Part shown: positions 9,585 to 20,328 of the stretch, piece after piece
Position numbering within the stretch: the first letter of the stretch is position 1
Layout of the letters: each line of letters opens with the position of its first letter
Sequence record: SRR2962707_4331
Direction: 5' to 3' (one strand)
DNA: 57,376 bases
Made by a program: the position numbers and the translations under genes
The notes under the pieces: generated by a model
Databases searched by the model: none
Seen by the model: the letters and a program-made list of their open reading frames with translations, nothing else
Told to the model about the DNA's origin: nothing

Positions 9585-10883
9585 ATGGTGATCCGGTCTT
9601 ATAGAATCCTCCTGGTGACGCTCGGTCTGTTATTGAGCAGCCTGGTCTGGAGTGCCACCGAAACCGTCAAGGTGACCGCCGAGGGCTATGGTGAAACACC
9701 GCAACATGCGGTCTCCGAAGCGCTGGTCGGCGCGGTGCGTCAGGCCGGTGGCGTGGCGCTGGCGGTGGACCCGTCGTTTCGGCGCAAGGTCGGCCAGTGG
9801 TTGATTCAGCGTCAGGGCGACGTCAGCACCTGGATCGGCAGCCAGACCTCGGTAGCGGATCCACAGTTGCCTACCCTGGGCAGCTTGCGGAGCTATCAAG
9901 TGCTGTCGGTAGATCGGGTCGACGACGCCTTGTGGAAAGCGAGCGTGGAAGCCCGGGTGCTGCGTTATCAGTCCTTGCGTCCGGGGCGTGGACACCTTCC
10001 CGCCATCGCGGTGATGCCTTTCGAAACCCGTGCCAATGAATATCAATTGGGTGAAGTGACCATCGGCGCCGCCGAGGTGCAAGGCCGGCTGCGGGACGAT
10101 CTGGTCGATGCGTTCACGCAGGCGGGCCGGTTCCGGGTGCTTGATCGGGCCCACCAGGCGGTGTTGGAACAGGAAAGAGTAACGGTGTCCGGTGGCAGCG
10201 TGGAGCCGGCGGAATGGGCCCGTCTGGGCCGGGTGCAGGGCGCCGATGTGTTGCTGGTGGGGCGCATTGAGGATTTCAGCATCGGCGACCGTCAACGTCG
10301 CTTTTACGGTGCCGACTTCCAGGGGTTCGAGCCCCGTGTGCGGATCCGTTACCGGATGCTGGATACCGCCACCGGTGAAGTGCTGTGGAGTGACTTGTTC
10401 GACTGGCGGCAGGACGAGGCCACGGTGCGGGCCTGGGCGCGTCTACAGAACATCGAGGATCGCCGCCATCCCGAGCGTCTGGCCGACCGGCTTTACCCCA
10501 GCATCGCCCGTGCCTTGAGTGGCGCCGCCACGGACGTGCTGTATCCGGTGCGGGTCCTGAAAGTCAGCGGAGATATGCTCTACCTGAGCCAGGGCGCGGG
10601 ACGGCTGGAAACCGATGCGATGGTGTCGGTGTACCGGCCAGGGGAGCAGATCAAGGACCCGGACACCGGTTTGCCGATTCAACTGGCCGGGGCGGAGCTG
10701 ACCCGGGCGCGGGTAATCGAGACCCGCGAAGGGTACGCGCTGGCGCGAGTGACCCGGGCCGCCGCCGCGGTGCAGGCCGGTGACCGGGTGCGAGTGTTGG
10801 GGGTCGTGGCATCGGGGGAGCAAGGGCCAGCTGGGCAGCCGCCCTCCCCCGGCTCCTCGGAAGCGCCGATCCGCTGGGACTGA
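9585..10883 (+). CDS. Exported FlgT/CsgG-like multidomain protein
   Basis: Sec signal peptide; N-terminal VTAEGYG...AVSEAL...AVRQ; central CsgG/TolB-N-like domain (IAVMPF, RFRVLDR, GADVLLVGRI); C-terminal FlgT_C-like region (LYLSQG, IKDPDTG). GGAGG RBS precedes the ATG at 9585. Confidence 0.72.
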   Translation: MVIRSYRILLVTLGLLLSSLVWSATETVKVTAEGYGETPQHAVSEALVGAVRQAGGVALAVDPSFRRKVGQWLIQRQGDVSTWIGSQTSVADPQLPTLGSLRSYQVLSVDRVDDALWKASVEARVLRYQSLRPGRGHLPAIAVMPFETRANEYQLGEVTIGAAEVQGRLRDDLVDAFTQAGRFRVLDRAHQAVLEQERVTVSGGSVEPAEWARLGRVQGADVLLVGRIEDFSIGDRQRRFYGADFQGFEPRVRIRYRMLDTATGEVLWSDLFDWRQDEATVRAWARLQNIEDRRHPERLADRLYPSIARALSGAATDVLYPVRVLKVSGDMLYLSQGAGRLETDAMVSVYRPGEQIKDPDTGLPIQLAGAELTRARVIETREGYALARVTRAAAAVQAGDRVRVLGVVASGEQGPAGQPPSPGSSEAPIRWD

Positions 10884-10916
10884 CGAGCCGCGATAGCCAA
10901 TTCCGAGGAGCCGCCG

Positions 10917-12680
10917 ATGGAAGGTTTTTTCGTACAAGCGTTAGTGCTGTTGGGCGCAGCGGTGCTGCTGTTGCCGTTGTTTCAGCGCCTGGGACTGGGC
11001 AGTATCCTCGGTTATCTGGTGGCCGGCGTGATCGTGGGGCCGATGGGCCTGGCCGCTATCCAGGGCGCGGATCAGGTACTGCATTTCGCCGAACTGGGCG
11101 TGGTGTTGATGCTGTTCGTGGTAGGCCTGGAACTGGCACCACAACAGCTTTGGGCGCGGCGCCGCCAGCTGATGGGCATGGGGGTGAGCCAGGTGGTGTT
11201 CAGCGCCGCCCTGCTGACCGGCTTTTTCCTGTGGTGGGGTGAACCCACCAACGCGGCTATCGCCATTGGCGCCACCCTGGCGTTGTCCTCCACCGCCTTT
11301 GCCGTGCAAATGCTGGTGGAGACCCGGCAATTGGGCACTCCCCAGGGGCGGGGTGCTTTTTCCATTCTGTTATTTCAGGATCTGGCGGTGATCCCGCTGC
11401 TGCTGCTGCTGCCGGCCCTGGCCGGCGGTGCCGAGGGCGCGGATAAACCCAACCTGCTGATCGGGTTCCTGGCGTTGGCCGGCATGGTCCTGGCCGGGCG
11501 TTATCTGCTGAATCCCTGGCTTGGCTGGCTGGCCAAGCTGCATAACCGGGAACTGATGACCGCCACGGCTTTGCTGCTGGTTCTGAGCGCCGCCGCCTTG
11601 ATGGAAATGCTGCACCTGTCCATGGGGCTGGGGGCTTTCGTGGCCGGTATGTTGCTGGCCAACTCGCCCTATCGGGAGCAGCTCGATACCGATATTCAGC
11701 CGTTCAAGGGACTGCTGCTGGGGCTGTTCTTCATGGCCATCGGCATGACCATGGACCTGCGGCTGCTGGTGCGGGCACCCTTGGACATCCTGGCCTGGGG
11801 TGTGGCGCTGCTGGCGCTGAAAACCCTGGTGTTGATGGTGATCGCCAAAGTCTCCGGCAACAGCTGGCGTGGCGCGCTGCTGTTCGGGTTGCTACTCAGT
11901 CAAGGCGGTGAATTCGCCTTCGTGCTGTTCACTCAGGCCGGTGCTCTGGGGTTATTGGGCAGCGACGACATCGGCCGTTTGAACCTGGTGGTGGCGCTGT
12001 CCATGGCCGCCACCCCATTGCTGTTGAAACTGGTTACCCGGCTCTGGCCGGAACAGCGGCCCAGTGCCGTCCTGCCCGAAGAGCCGATTCCTGATAATCA
12101 GGAGCCACAGGTGGTGGTGGCCGGATTCGGCCGCTTTGGCCAGATCATCGGCCGTATTCTGCTGAGCCGGAATATACCGTTCACCGCGCTGGACACCAAT
12201 CCGGAGCACATCGATACGGTGCGGCGTTACGGCAACCAAGTGTATTTCGGCGACGTTACCCGGCTGGATCTGCTCCTCCATGCCGGTATCGGGCATGCCC
12301 GTGTGGTGGTGCTGGCGGTGGATGGCGTGGAGGACTCACTGCGCGCCGCTCATTTGATTCTCGAGCATTTTCCCAAGGTAACGCTGATTGCCCGGGCGCG
12401 GGACCGCCATCATGCCTATTCCCTGCTGGCGCTGGGGGCGCAGCATGTGGTGCGGGAAACGCTGGAATCCAGTCTGCGCGCCAGCCAGGCGGTACTGACG
12501 CAGCTGGGTCTGCCGGAGACCACCGCCATCGATCTGGTGCGCACCTTCCGCGAAGTGGACGAGCGGCTGCTGCGCGAACAGGTGGCCCACCGCGATGAGT
12601 TGGAGAAACTGATCGAGCTGTCCGCTCGTGGACGCGAGGAGCTGCAGTCCTTGCTCAGCGCGGATCGGGAGCAGGAATAG
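10917..12680 (+). CDS. KefB/KefC-like CPA2 K+/H+ antiporter with KTN domain
   Basis: LGLGSILGYL, AELGVV, LALSSTA, LLFQD, PFKGLLLGLFF and QGGEFAFV motifs; KTN motif GFGRFGQ. Confidence 0.92.
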   Translation: MEGFFVQALVLLGAAVLLLPLFQRLGLGSILGYLVAGVIVGPMGLAAIQGADQVLHFAELGVVLMLFVVGLELAPQQLWARRRQLMGMGVSQVVFSAALLTGFFLWWGEPTNAAIAIGATLALSSTAFAVQMLVETRQLGTPQGRGAFSILLFQDLAVIPLLLLLPALAGGAEGADKPNLLIGFLALAGMVLAGRYLLNPWLGWLAKLHNRELMTATALLLVLSAAALMEMLHLSMGLGAFVAGMLLANSPYREQLDTDIQPFKGLLLGLFFMAIGMTMDLRLLVRAPLDILAWGVALLALKTLVLMVIAKVSGNSWRGALLFGLLLSQGGEFAFVLFTQAGALGLLGSDDIGRLNLVVALSMAATPLLLKLVTRLWPEQRPSAVLPEEPIPDNQEPQVVVAGFGRFGQIIGRILLSRNIPFTALDTNPEHIDTVRRYGNQVYFGDVTRLDLLLHAGIGHARVVVLAVDGVEDSLRAAHLILEHFPKVTLIARARDRHHAYSLLALGAQHVVRETLESSLRASQAVLTQLGLPETTAIDLVRTFREVDERLLREQVAHRDELEKLIELSARGREELQSLLSADREQE

Positions 12681-12700
12681 ACACGATTTCCAGCAGCGTG

Positions 12701-13498
12701 TCAGCTTGGAGACGGGGCGGCGGTGACGACGAAGACCGCGGTGCTCTGGTACCAGATCTTCAGTTCGCTATCGCACCAGGTCACGGTGGCCACATGAGGG
12801 CCAGGTGCCAGGGAGTCCGGAGCGAAAGTGTAGCGGATGGTGTCGTCTTCTTTTTCCATCGCGGTCATCGGCGCCACGCTTAGACGCTGGTCCAGGCTGA
12901 TGTGCACCCTTTCCACGCCATTATCGTCTCCCTCCTCGTTTGCCGGAAAGGCAATGGTTAGGGGGGTGTCGCTTTGGTAAAGACCGCCGGGTCCGGTGCC
13001 GCTGGGATTTTCCCAACGGTAGAGGGTGTCATCCGCCTGGGGCGGCAGCTCGATGGCCAGACGTCCTTGCTGGAAACGGGTGATCCAACTGAACGCCACA
13101 TTATCCGTCATCCCCTCACGCCGGGTCTCGCCGGACACCGTGGTCACCCCGACCTGGGCTCCCGGCGCCACGGCCCGGGTGGTCCAGGTCAGGGCGGGGT
13201 CGGCGAGCAGGTCCGCGGCCAGTTCCGAAGTCTGACGGGCGAAGGCCATGATGTCGGGGTAAAGCGCCCGACTTTCCCGGCTGAGTAGATCCCAGCCGGC
13301 TTCGGATTCCCTCCGGGCCAGATGGTCCAGAAACAGCCGCACCGTGCTCTGATGTGTTTCCACGGGTACACCGGCCACCGCCGGTGGTCCCGGAGGGTGG
13401 GAGAAAGGCGGCGGCGGCGCGGGCCGGGAGGGGCCCTCATCGCAAGCGATCAGCAGCAAACACAAACCTATCGCCAGGGTAGGAAAAAAAGACTTCAT
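12701..13498 (-). CDS. Hypothetical lipoprotein
   Basis: MKSFF...LLIAC lipobox, a Pro-rich linker, then about 230 aa of globular sequence; fills the gap between the Kef and VOC genes. Confidence 0.65.
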   Translation of the reverse strand: MKSFFPTLAIGLCLLLIACDEGPSRPAPPPPFSHPPGPPAVAGVPVETHQSTVRLFLDHLARRESEAGWDLLSRESRALYPDIMAFARQTSELAADLLADPALTWTTRAVAPGAQVGVTTVSGETRREGMTDNVAFSWITRFQQGRLAIELPPQADDTLYRWENPSGTGPGGLYQSDTPLTIAFPANEEGDDNGVERVHISLDQRLSVAPMTAMEKEDDTIRYTFAPDSLAPGPHVATVTWCDSELKIWYQSTAVFVVTAAPSPS

Positions 13499-13557
13499 GA
13501 ACCAACCGTGCCATCGATTTCCGCTCAAGGATACTCCCCGCCGTGGCGGTGGCGCCA

Positions 13558-13917
13558 TCATCCATGGCGCACGACATCCACCGGGATACCGTTGGGATCA
13601 CGGACGACGAAGTGACGGTCGCCCCAGGGTTCGTCCCGCAGTGGCACCTCGATGTCGACCCCGGCGTCGCGGAATCGTTGGTACTGCGCATCCACATCGT
13701 CCACATCCACGGCGACCCAGGCGCCGCTGGTTACCGTTTGCCGGAACATGGGGGCTTGTGCCGCCTGATCGGGCTTCAGGAAGCCTAGCTCGCCGCCCCC
13801 CAGGGTCAACAAAACGAACCAGTCGCTGTCGAACAGAACCTCGCTGCCGAAGTGGCTCACGTAAAAGTCCCGTGCCGCCGTGGGATCCTTCACCACCAGA
13901 CCTGACCATAGTTTCAT
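13558..13917 (-). CDS. VOC/glyoxalase-bleomycin resistance family protein
   Basis: ARDFY, VDDVDA and DEPWGDRHFVVRDPNG motifs. Confidence 0.9.
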   Translation of the reverse strand: MKLWSGLVVKDPTAARDFYVSHFGSEVLFDSDWFVLLTLGGGELGFLKPDQAAQAPMFRQTVTSGAWVAVDVDDVDAQYQRFRDAGVDIEVPLRDEPWGDRHFVVRDPNGIPVDVVRHG

Positions 13918-13969
13918 CGTCGATCTCCGTCAGATAGGAGCCCCTGAACAGGCTCCGGGAGGTGTCAGA

Positions 13970-14728
13970 TTAGGGGGCGGCGCGCATCGCGTCTTGAATA
14001 AAAGCGACATCGTGATCGGGCAAGATGGCGGCGGCGGGGGTCACGCCCATCACCCGTTTCAGGGTACGGGTCATATGGCTCTGGTCACTGAAGCCGGCGT
14101 CCTGGGCCAGCGCCGCCAGGGGCGGCACGCCTTCTTGGGTCAGGGTTCGGATCAGCCATTGGCAGCGGCGGATGGTCAGAAAGGTCCCGGGACTGATACC
14201 CAGGCGCTGCTGAAATTGCCTTTGTAGTTGGCGCTTGCTCACTCCGAAGGCATGACAAACAGGGACGATACCGCTCTTCCAGGGCGCGTGGAGCAGCCAA
14301 CGATCCAGGGCGTCGGTCTCCGCCGGATAATGCCCCAGCCAGTCCAGTAGCAGCTGATCGAGGATCCGACATGGGTGCGGATGGGTAAAAACTTGGGAAC
14401 CTAATGTCGCGATCAGTCCTCGATTGTCTGGCAAGGGGAGGGCGCGATCGCGCAGTTCCGCCGCCGGCAGAGGCAGAAAATGACGGTGCTGTCCCGGATG
14501 GAAACGAATGCCGAGATAGTGATGGCCGGCCTGTACGCGGGCGGTTCCCGGGGCGGTGGTGGAACCGTAGGCGGTGACGGTGAGGTCGTGACCGGCGGCC
14601 AGGACCAGATCCACACAGCCATCGGGCAGGATGCGGTGGTCACCGGCGCTACTGTTCCGGCTAAGCCAGTAATGGCTGATGTAACGCCGCAACCGGGGAT
14701 GCGGTGCGAGCGGCATCAACAGGTCCAC
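13970..14728 (-). CDS. AraC-family transcriptional regulator
   Basis: N-terminal ILPDGCVDL and GIRFHPG; C-terminal SKRQLQRQF and GFSDQSHMTR. Confidence 0.88.
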   Translation of the reverse strand: MDLLMPLAPHPRLRRYISHYWLSRNSSAGDHRILPDGCVDLVLAAGHDLTVTAYGSTTAPGTARVQAGHHYLGIRFHPGQHRHFLPLPAAELRDRALPLPDNRGLIATLGSQVFTHPHPCRILDQLLLDWLGHYPAETDALDRWLLHAPWKSGIVPVCHAFGVSKRQLQRQFQQRLGISPGTFLTIRRCQWLIRTLTQEGVPPLAALAQDAGFSDQSHMTRTLKRVMGVTPAAAILPDHDVAFIQDAMRAAP

Positions 14729-14750
14729 CGTCGAGGCCTCCCATTGTGAG

Positions 14751-14783
14751 ACGGATCAACCCTATCTTACCCGGTTGATCCGT
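14751..14783. repeat. 11-bp perfect inverted repeat downstream of ggt (possible terminator or operator)
   Basis: ACGGATCAACC-N11-GGTTGATCCGT; no U-tract. Confidence 0.4.
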
Positions 14784-14804
14784 GCCGTCACGCGCCGGAC
14801 CGCC

Positions 14805-16496
14805 TCAGGAATCCGGCGCCCGCACCCGGGCGGCGCCAATGCCTCGTGGATCACTGGCGGCGGTGACCTCGCCGGTACGCTTATTCCAATAAATCGCCTG
14901 CATGTTGCCGTAGCGGCGGCCGGTGGATTTCAGGGTATGGCCGCGTAACGCCAGCCCACGGGCCTCAGCGGTGTCCAGGAAGTCCGGCTCCACTTCCACT
15001 TCGTCAGGCAGGTATTGATGGTGAAAACGAACCCGTGAGACCCAGTCTTCCACCGGTTTGCCATCCACCGCTTCCAGCACGCCGAGCAGTACCATGGAGA
15101 TAATGCGGCTGCCACCAGGGGTCCCGAGAATGGCGACGCCGTCCTTCATTTCCACGAAGGTCGGCGTCATCGAGGACAGGGGGCGCTTGCCGGGAGCGAT
15201 GGCGTTGGCCTTGCTGCCGACCAGGCCATAGGCGTTGGGGCTGCCCGGTTTGGCGGAAAAATCGTCCATCTCATTGTTGAGCAGGACTCCGGTGCCGGGG
15301 GGCACGAAAGCGCTGCCGAAGGGCAGATTGATGCTGAGCGTGGCGGCGACCCGGTTACCTTCGCCATCGAGTACGGACAGGTGGGTGGTATGGAAGCCCT
15401 CCTCCACCGTCACCGGATCACCGAGGCTGGCGCTGGGGGTGGCCTTGTCCAGCTTGATGCCGGCGGCGCGCGCTTTGGCGTAGGACTTACTCACCAACTT
15501 ATCCACAGGCATATCCACAAAATCCGGATCACCCATATAGCGGGCGCGATCCTGATATCCGCGCCGCATGGCTTCCACCGCAAGATGAGGAAGTAAGTCC
15601 TTACTAATCTCGCCGCCATTGAAATTGCTGAGGATATTGAGCGTCTCCATCATCACCAGCCCGCCGGAGGAAGGCGGCGGCGCGGAAACGATACGGGCTC
15701 CCCGGTACTCGCCAATGATGGGGGGCCGCTCTTTCACCCGATAGTTTTCCAAGTCTTCCAGGGTCCAGATACCCCCGGCTTCGCGAACCCCTGAAACCAT
15801 CTTCTTGGCCAGCGGGCCACGGTAGAAACCGTCGAAGCCCTGGTCGGCGATGGCCTGCAGAACCTTGGCCAGATCCGGCTGACGGATCGTCGTGCCGGCC
15901 TCGGGAATCTTGCCGTCGCGCAGAAAGATGGAGGCCGCTTCCGGGTAGCGATTGAGGACGTCAACGCGGTAGCCGGCCAGGGTCCGATAGTGGTCTTCCA
16001 CTGGGAAGCCATCGCGGGCCAGACGGATCGCCGGGGCCAGGGTCCGGGCCAACGGCAGACGCCCGTAGCGCTCGCTCAGGTGGACGAAGGCCGCGGCCTG
16101 GCCGGGGATGCCGGCGGCCAGGGGACCATTGATGGCTCGGTCGCGCACGACTTTGCCCTGGTCATCCTGAAACAGCGTTTCGGTGGCAGCGGCGGGCGCG
16201 GTTTCCCGGGCGTCCACCATGGTTTCATAGCCATCCTTCTGGCGATGCAGCAACCAGAAACCGCCACCGCCCATGCCGGCGGAGTAAGGTTCCACTACCG
16301 CCAAGGCGGCGGCCACGGCGATGGCGGCGTCAAAAGCGTTACCCCCCTGATCCAGCACCTCAAAACCGGCCTCGGTGGCGAGAGGGTGGGCACTGGCGAT
16401 GGCCGCTTTATCGGGGGGGCCGGCCACGGCGGCGGTGGTGCCGCACAGCAAGGCCAAGCCGGCGAGCAGGGACAGCAGCAAGGCACGCGGTGTCAT
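14805..16496 (-). CDS. ggt: Gamma-glutamyltransferase
   Basis: Signal peptide; GGNAFDAA, DARETAP, autocleavage motif HTTHLS, LLNNEMDDF, PLSSMTP, GTPGGSRI and SDPRG. Confidence 0.95.
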   Translation of the reverse strand: MTPRALLLSLLAGLALLCGTTAAVAGPPDKAAIASAHPLATEAGFEVLDQGGNAFDAAIAVAAALAVVEPYSAGMGGGGFWLLHRQKDGYETMVDARETAPAAATETLFQDDQGKVVRDRAINGPLAAGIPGQAAAFVHLSERYGRLPLARTLAPAIRLARDGFPVEDHYRTLAGYRVDVLNRYPEAASIFLRDGKIPEAGTTIRQPDLAKVLQAIADQGFDGFYRGPLAKKMVSGVREAGGIWTLEDLENYRVKERPPIIGEYRGARIVSAPPPSSGGLVMMETLNILSNFNGGEISKDLLPHLAVEAMRRGYQDRARYMGDPDFVDMPVDKLVSKSYAKARAAGIKLDKATPSASLGDPVTVEEGFHTTHLSVLDGEGNRVAATLSINLPFGSAFVPPGTGVLLNNEMDDFSAKPGSPNAYGLVGSKANAIAPGKRPLSSMTPTFVEMKDGVAILGTPGGSRIISMVLLGVLEAVDGKPVEDWVSRVRFHHQYLPDEVEVEPDFLDTAEARGLALRGHTLKSTGRRYGNMQAIYWNKRTGEVTAASDPRGIGAARVRAPDS

Positions 16497-16575
16497 AAGG
16501 AGGCTCCTGATTCAATCCGTACCGGTGGGCTCTTCTCTTCACCAAGCATCTTCACCAACGAGCAGGCCGGCGGTG

Positions 16576-18199
<1,624 letters not shown>

Positions 18200-18227
18200 G
18201 ACGGTTCTCCCTGATGAGTGGCCCGCC

Positions 18228-18259
18228 ACTGTAAAGTGTAGAGTATGCTCTAAGGTCAA
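18228..18259 (-). promoter_or_regulatory. MerR-type long-spacer promoter and operator driving the SDR gene
   Basis: Minus strand reads TTGACC-N20-TACAGT, with the dyad TAGAG-cata-CTCTA (18239-18252) in the spacer; divergent MerR gene adjacent. Confidence 0.7.
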
Positions 18260-18277
18260 TATTGATCGGAGAGAAAG

Positions 18278-18646
18278 GTGCGCATCGCGGAACTGGAACA
18301 AAGAACCGGAGTGAGTCGCCACACGCTGCGTTATTACGAGAAACAGGGGCTGCTGCGGGAAGTGGACCGCCGTGGTAACAATTACCGTGATTACCCGGAA
18401 CCGGCGGTGGAGCGGGTAGCCATGGTGAGGCAACTGAAAGGGCTGGGGTTCTCCCTCAGGGAAATCCGCGAGGTGCTGGACGCGCTACGTGACGATCGTA
18501 TTGATTGTGCCCGGGGGGCGGCGTTGATGGCGGAAAAACGGGAAGCGGTGGAGCGGCGCATGGCGGAGCTGTCCGAGGTGCGTGATCTGCTGGCGCGGGA
18601 GCAGCGAAAGCTGGAGGAAAGTGCCGCGCGATCACGCGGCACCTGA
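18278..18646 (+). CDS. MerR-family transcriptional regulator
   Basis: RIAELEQRTGVSRHTLRYYEKQGLL, NNYRDY and LGFSLREI motifs with a coiled-coil C-terminus. Confidence 0.93.
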   Translation: MRIAELEQRTGVSRHTLRYYEKQGLLREVDRRGNNYRDYPEPAVERVAMVRQLKGLGFSLREIREVLDALRDDRIDCARGAALMAEKREAVERRMAELSEVRDLLAREQRKLEESAARSRGT

Positions 18647-18667
18647 GCGCGTTTGTGGTTGGCTCCT

Positions 18668-20284
18668 TCAGGCGCTGAGCTTTTCCGCCAGAGCGGTGGC
18701 GTTGCGCGCGCTGATTGCATAGATGCTTAATTGCGGATTGACCCCGAGACTGGTGGGAAACACCGAGCCATCAATGACGTAGAGATTGTCCAGATATTTG
18801 TAGCTGCCGTCGTGGTTTACCAGACAGTGTTTTTCGTCGTCGCCCATGGCGCACCCGCCCATCACATGAGCACTGCCCAGCGAGGTAATAAAAGGCGCGT
18901 ATTCCAGGGTTTCGATGCCTTGCCGGGCCTCATCCCAGTTGCGGTAGTACGGAGCATGGGAATGACCGGGCCGCACTGCCTTGGCACCGGCGGCGAACTG
19001 CATTTCCACCTGGGTCAGATGGGATCGTTTCACCGCTTCCAGCAGATACCCATTCACCGGGTAGTCCAGCACGGGCTCGCCGTTGTCACGTAATTCCACC
19101 GAGCCGCCTTCGCTATGGTCATGGAAGCCGTCGCGGACCAGCGCGATGGAGGCCGCCAGATGCGGCAAACCGGTGATCTGCTGCCGTGCCTGTTCGCCGA
19201 TGCCACCGATGAGCGCGCTGGCCAGCCCCGGATGCAGCGGCATCATCTCCAGCTTGTAGCCGCCGGGGCCGTCCACGCCGTATTTGAAGATGAACTCGTC
19301 GGAATACAAGGCCTGGGGCGCGCCATAGTAGGGGGCCACTTCCTCTTGGTACCGACCAAAAGTGAAACTGGTGGGGTGCAGGAAGGTGCGTTTGCCTATC
19401 CGTTTTTCCGGATCCGGCGCCTCCGAGCGCAACAGCAACGCCGGGCTCTGAATGCCGCCGCCGGAAACCACCACGGCCCGCGCTTTCAGGGTCAGGGTGG
19501 CGCCGGTGGGCTCCTTGGCCTGATTCAAAGGCCGCGCTTCCACCCCCACGACCTGATCGCCTTCCATCAGCAGTCGCTCGGCGCGGGTGCTGTAGAGCAA
19601 GGTGGCGCCTTTCTTCATTGCCGCCGGCAGTGTGGTGACCAGCATGGATTGCTTGGCGTCGGTGGGACAGCCCATGCCGCAATAGCCAATATTCCAGCAG
19701 CCGCTGACGTTGCGTGGAATGATGCCCCAGTGCCACCCCAGTTTCTCGCACCCTTTCTTGATCACGGCATTGTTGGCGTTTGGTGGCATGGCCCATTTGC
19801 TGATGTTAAGGCGCTGCTCCATTCGGTCGAACCAGGGGTTGAGCGCTTCCCGGTCCAGGTCGCTGACGCCGAAACGGTCACGCCAGTAATCCAGGGTCTG
19901 GCGTGGTGTGCGGAAACTGCTGGTCCAGTTGACCACGGTGGTGCCGCCCACGGTGCGGCCTTGCAGGATGGTCATGCCGGCGTCCTTGGTGGCGCGCATT
20001 GCCCCCTCTTGATAGAGGTCGTGGTAGGCCTTGCCCTCATCAAGAATGAAATCGTCGGAGCTGCGCAACTGGCCGGCTTCCAGCAGAATGACCTTGAGGC
20101 CGTGCTCAGTGAGCACTTCCGCGCTGACACCGCCGCCGGCCCCGGTGCCGACAATGATTACATCGGCTTCCAGTGTGCGGTCTTCCGTGATGGTCTGGCC
20201 ATTCAAGGCCTGCCAGCCTTCGGCGATACCGGTTTTCCAGAGATCCTTGATGCCGCTGATCGGCAAAGCGGATAAATCCTGCAT
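18668..20284 (-). CDS. laoA: GMC-family oxidoreductase, long-chain alcohol dehydrogenase LaoA-like
   Basis: IVGTGAGGG, VGGTTVVNW, CWNIGYCGMGCP, SAHVMGG and GVNPQ motifs; synteny coaD-GMC-TAT protein-ALDH-TetR as in P. aeruginosa laoABCR. Confidence 0.8.
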   Translation of the reverse strand: MQDLSALPISGIKDLWKTGIAEGWQALNGQTITEDRTLEADVIIVGTGAGGGVSAEVLTEHGLKVILLEAGQLRSSDDFILDEGKAYHDLYQEGAMRATKDAGMTILQGRTVGGTTVVNWTSSFRTPRQTLDYWRDRFGVSDLDREALNPWFDRMEQRLNISKWAMPPNANNAVIKKGCEKLGWHWGIIPRNVSGCWNIGYCGMGCPTDAKQSMLVTTLPAAMKKGATLLYSTRAERLLMEGDQVVGVEARPLNQAKEPTGATLTLKARAVVVSGGGIQSPALLLRSEAPDPEKRIGKRTFLHPTSFTFGRYQEEVAPYYGAPQALYSDEFIFKYGVDGPGGYKLEMMPLHPGLASALIGGIGEQARQQITGLPHLAASIALVRDGFHDHSEGGSVELRDNGEPVLDYPVNGYLLEAVKRSHLTQVEMQFAAGAKAVRPGHSHAPYYRNWDEARQGIETLEYAPFITSLGSAHVMGGCAMGDDEKHCLVNHDGSYKYLDNLYVIDGSVFPTSLGVNPQLSIYAISARNATALAEKLSA

Positions 20285-20328
20285 GGCGATACCCTTACGC
20301 TTTTTGTTTTCAGGTGGGCTGGCGTGGT

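Noticed and set aside
13938..13957. AACAGGCTC match to the IS-like terminus
   Set aside because: Only 9 bp, part of a local GGAGCC/GGCTCC hairpin, with no transposase or partner end.
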